The translations under genes and the position numbers were made by a program. From positions 60,701-124,700 of the forward strand of contig JBIJBE010000005.1 of assembly GCA_044345405.1 (NCBI GenBank): 64,000 nucleotides of DNA. Direction: 5' to 3'. The DNA comes from Bdellovibrionota bacterium. Its GTDB lineage: Bacteria > Bdellovibrionota_C > UBA2361 > OMII01. Position 1 is the first letter of the stretch, and the number at the start of each line of letters is the position of its first letter. Under the pieces are notes generated by a model. It was not told the DNA's origin and did no database searches. It saw nothing but the letters and a program-made list of their open reading frames with translations. Below, piece after piece: positions 62,161 through 64,000 of this stretch.

Positions 62161-64000
62161 CGTTCACCTCCACGACCGGAGCCGGCTTCTTCCTCGGGGC
62201 GCTCTTATCTTCAGGAGGAGGATCGGGAATGCCGAAGTACGCCGCGAACACATCCTGCGCTATCGGCGCCGCCTCAGCGCCGCCATGTCCTCCGTTCTCA
62301 ACGAGAGCTGCCACCACAATCTTCGGATTATCAGCGGGCGCGTATCCGGCGAACCACGCGTGGTCCTCGTCCTTGTTTCCAGATTCGCGGGAGGCCACCT
62401 GCGCGGTTCCGGTCTTGCCACCAACGGAGATGCCATGAATATCTGGAAGCGCGGCTCGATGTCCCGTTCCGCGTTTGTCCTCAACTACACCAACCATCGA
62501 CTTTTTAAGTTTATCAAGGATCTGAGGATCCAGGTCGAGCTTCCGAACGATCTCAGGAGCCGCGGGGGTCTCCTCAAGCACACGACCATCACTCGCTACA
62601 ACCTTGCGAACGATGCGAGGCTTCACGATCAGACCTCCGTTGACCACGGCGGATAGCCCTCGAACGATCTGAAGCGGAGTGGTGGTGATAGCACCCTGAC
62701 CGATCGAAACCGGCAAAGTCTCTCCTGGATACCACTTCTTGTCCTCTGGATTTCTGAAATACTTCGCTTTCCAGGCCGTCGATGGGATGAGTCCTGAACT
62801 CTCATCTCCGATTCCCAGACCAGTTGGCTCACCGAATTCGAAGAGGTCGTGCGCGTACTGATAAATTCGATCAACACCGAGACGTTGTCCGACGGTATAG
62901 AAATAGACGTCGCACGACTGAACGATCGACTCAAAGAGATCTACAGACCCGTGTCCTGAGTGTTTATGACAACGAAACTTTCGAGTGCCGAAGGTAGAGT
63001 AGCCGGGACAGAAGAATCGTTCTTCCGGGGTAACCACGCCTTCGGAAAGAGCCGCGGCGGCGACGAAGATCTTAAACACGGAGCCTGGCGGGAAAACTCC
63101 CTGGGTCACGCGATTGGTAAGCTTGTTCCCCTTTGCGTCGACGATATCGGCCCACGTCTCTTTGGAAACCTCGGTGGTAAAAACCGATGGGGCGAATCGG
63201 GGAGCGGACGCCATCGCCAGGATATCTCCGGTGTTGGGATCCATCGCGACCACCGCGCCCTTCTTTCCAGTGAGCGCCCGATCAGCGACCTCTTGTAAGC
63301 GACGATCGATCGTGAGGATGACGTCGCTACCCGGCAGCGCGAGGTGGGAATACGCCTCTCCGATCTTGTTACCGGCGGCGTTCACAATAACAGCTTGAGA
63401 GCCACGCTCACCCTGAAGATACCGCTCGTACCGCGCCTCAACACCGTACTGACCGATAACGTCTCCCATGCGATAGCCGGCGTAGAGAGGATTCTTGAGC
63501 TGCTCACCCGAGATCTCTCGAATATAGCCGATAGCGTGCGCGGCGAGATCGCCGTGGATATAATCTCGCGCTGGAACGACGGTGATGAGTACACCAGGCA
63601 ATCGATACCGCTGCGCCGCGATCTTAGCGACTAAGTCCCGCGATACATCGCGAAGAAGAAGCTTTGGCTCGTACATCCGCCGCTTACCCTGCCGACTAAG
63701 CTTCTCCAAAAGCTCCTCAGCGGGCTGTCCCGTTATTTCGGCTAACGCGCGAACGGTCTGCTCTGGATTCGGGCTGTCCTCGACCACCAAATCAATGTTG
63801 AACGATGGTCGATTGCGAACCAGGACCTCTCCGTTTCGATCGAGGATCAGTCCCCGTGGTGGTGGCACATACACCATGCGAAGACGGTTATTCTCAGAGC
63901 GGTCGCGGAACACGTGTCCATTAATGATCTGGAGATGCCAGAGGCGGAGCGCCAACACAAAGAGACAGGTCGCGCAGATCCCTAACGCTATCCACGCCCT
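62153..64000 (-). CDS. mrdA: Penicillin-binding protein 2 (5' end outside the window)
   Basis: PRG.I.DRNG, SVFK (SxxK), SCD (SxN position), KTG; frame open to the window edge. Confidence 0.95.
   Translation of the reverse strand, partial: RAWIALGICATCLFVLALRLWHLQIINGHVFRDRSENNRLRMVYVPPPRGLILDRNGEVLVRNRPSFNIDLVVEDSPNPEQTVRALAEITGQPAEELLEKLSRQGKRRMYEPKLLLRDVSRDLVAKIAAQRYRLPGVLITVVPARDYIHGDLAAHAIGYIREISGEQLKNPLYAGYRMGDVIGQYGVEARYERYLQGERGSQAVIVNAAGNKIGEAYSHLALPGSDVILTIDRRLQEVADRALTGKKGAVVAMDPNTGDILAMASAPRFAPSVFTTEVSKETWADIVDAKGNKLTNRVTQGVFPPGSVFKIFVAAAALSEGVVTPEERFFCPGYSTFGTRKFRCHKHSGHGSVDLFESIVQSCDVYFYTVGQRLGVDRIYQYAHDLFEFGEPTGLGIGDESSGLIPSTAWKAKYFRNPEDKKWYPGETLPVSIGQGAITTTPLQIVRGLSAVVNGGLIVKPRIVRKVVASDGRVLEETPAAPEIVRKLDLDPQILDKLKKSMVGVVEDKRGTGHRAALPDIHGISVGGKTGTAQVASRESGNKDEDHAWFAGYAPADNPKIVVAALVENGGHGGAEAAPIAQDVFAAYFGIPDPPPEDKSAPRKKPAPVVEVNGD

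Overview
64-kb window from a Gram-negative (LPS-making) bacterial chromosome. Gene content and order (pyrG-kdsA-lptC-lptA, FmdB-type zinc ribbon, LpoA-like lipoprotein, MltA) suggest a deltaproteobacteria-like lineage such as Bdellovibrionota or Myxococcota; this is inference. Most of it is housekeeping: phoB/phoR-like pair, ridA, rlmI, pyrG, kdsA, lptCA, fabH, ssb, lon, grpE-dnaK-dnaJ, recO, kdsB, yggS, maf, guaB, rodA and a truncated mrdA. I found no rRNA, tRNA, CRISPR or prophage. Main unusual observations: (1) a glycosylation cluster (51.2-56.8 kb) in which a DMT-superfamily transporter is translationally coupled to a membrane-anchored GT29 sialyltransferase-like gene with all four eukaryote-type sialylmotifs, next to a plant-CDI-like glycosyltransferase and a GT-C enzyme; (2) a REP-associated HUH/Y1 transposase (RAYT) preceded by a tandem array of eight GTAG-tagged mini-palindromes; (3) a separate dispersed REP/BIME-like family (12 copies, 4 clusters, covarying stems), four copies of which carry a second hairpin element nested in the loop; (4) an unannotated 18-codon ORF behind a 16-17 nt perfect complement of the canonical 16S rRNA 3' tail in a structured region; (5) a eukaryote-type PPP phosphatase beside a degenerate GHKL protein. 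All calls rest on motifs read by eye; no database searches were run.
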